Of a stretch of 35,278 nt of DNA, positions 34,654-35,278 are shown one piece after another. The DNA comes from an uncultured Anaerolineales bacterium (GTDB taxonomy: Bacteria > Chloroflexota > Anaerolineae > Anaerolineales > RBG-16-64-43). Within the stretch, counting starts at the first letter, position 1; each line of letters begins with the position of its first letter. The position numbers and the translations under genes were made by a program. Below the pieces are notes generated by a model. It was not told the DNA's origin. It saw nothing but the letters and a program-made list of their open reading frames with translations, and did not search any database. The stretch covers positions 1-35,278 of the forward strand of contig CAZYSF010000612.1 of NCBI GenBank assembly GCA_964649635.1. The letters are read 5' to 3'.

Positions 34654-35278
34654 TTATGGATACAGGCCGGTGAATATCAGAATGAATCCGATCGTATCCA
34701 CAAACCCGTGAACGATGACGGGCAGCCATAAATTCCTTTTGGAGAAGATGAAGATCAACGCCATCGTTACTCCAAAGAGGGAATTTTCCATCACGCCGCT
34801 GATCCCCTGATACCCGTGCCCCACCGCGAACAGGGCGGTGCACACCAAGACGCCGATCACGGATCCGATCCGGCGGTCGCCGAATAAATCCGACACATGT
34901 TTGAACAGATAACTCCGGTACGCAATTTCCTCGCCAAAGGCCGCGAACGTCCAGCTTATCAGCAGGGCGACCGCCAAATTCGCCCAATCGGCCTTCAGGG
35001 CGGTAATTTCCGACAAATCGATCCTGCTGCCTGTGACCGACTGAAAAAGCGGGACAAACAGGAATATGGAGGCGGCCTGGTACAGGATTGCGATCAGCAA
35101 TCCCGCCGCCAGAGTGGATGAGACATTTTTGTTTTTAACGAATCCCAGATCCTCCCACGAGATATTCCGTGTATATAGTCTCAGGGCGCAAAAGAACAGA
35201 ATGGCGAAGGTCAATACCGGCGATCGGATCAGGGCGAGAAATATTAATATGAATAATTCAAATAATATCCATGCGGTC
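34654..35278 (-). CDS. CPBP family intramembrane glutamic endopeptidase, 5' end beyond the right edge
   Basis: FGEEIAYRSY (EExxxR), FAVGH and VIVHGFVDT motifs. Hand translation shows the frame stays open from 35215 to 35278 (..TAWILFELFILIFLALIRSPV..) with no ATG/GTG/TTG. The gene therefore probably starts outside the window. The alternative is the TTG at 35214. Confidence 0.75.
   Translation of the reverse strand, partial: TAWILFELFILIFLALIRSPVLTFAILFFCALRLYTRNISWEDLGFVKNKNVSSTLAAGLLIAILYQAASIFLFVPLFQSVTGSRIDLSEITALKADWANLAVALLISWTFAAFGEEIAYRSYLFKHVSDLFGDRRIGSVIGVLVCTALFAVGHGYQGISGVMENSLFGVTMALIFIFSKRNLWLPVIVHGFVDTIGFILIFTGLYP

Overview
This is a 35.3 kb stretch of a GC-rich (roughly 60% by eye) bacterial chromosome or MAG contig. 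It is densely coding. About 34 genes between 1 and 32224 all lie on the minus strand. A small plus-strand pair follows (an RRM RNA-binding protein and a CarD-like regulator), and then two more minus-strand genes. Strong GGAGG-type Shine-Dalgarno sites, lipobox lipoproteins, an archaeal-type PurO, an RRM protein and CarD would fit an environmental Chloroflexota/Anaerolineae-like organism, but that is only a guess.

Recognisable content:
- Housekeeping: clpB, NAD-malic enzyme, proC, a YbaK-type deacylase.
- Carbohydrate use: a CUT1-type sugar ABC importer (binding protein plus two permeases, no ATPase) next to a glycosylasparaginase-like Ntn hydrolase, a GH26 lipoprotein and a GH105 enzyme.
- Many small detox, resistance-like or damage-control enzymes: 2 VOC, 2 GNAT, SDR, DinB, a fructosamine-kinase/APH-fold kinase, 2 ANT-like nucleotidyltransferases, MazG-like, a pentapeptide-repeat protein, an alpha/beta hydrolase, 2 CPBP proteases.

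I saw no rRNA, tRNA, CRISPR array, transposase, integrase or phage genes.

The most unusual signals are non-coding:
1. A modular GC-rich structured repeat family has three copies. Two are 96-nt long forms with compensatory stem changes. One is an inverted 51-nt short form lacking the apical hairpin.
2. Twin near-perfect palindromes sit inside the ABC operon.
3. A perfect 32-bp palindrome, built from two 15-bp palindromes, lies in a 670-bp gene-free divergent region. That region also holds an orphan terminator-like hairpin.

On the coding side, the notable points are two cassettes that pair an ANT-like nucleotidyltransferase with nucleotide-handling enzymes (kinase plus archaeal-type PurO; MazG-like), an orphan GIY-YIG nuclease in a lower-GC islet, and a one-base frame offset at the start of a TIGR04076 gene.

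I cannot name a defined novel multi-gene system with confidence. All functional links below are hypotheses. All family calls rest on motif recognition from memory, not on database searches.
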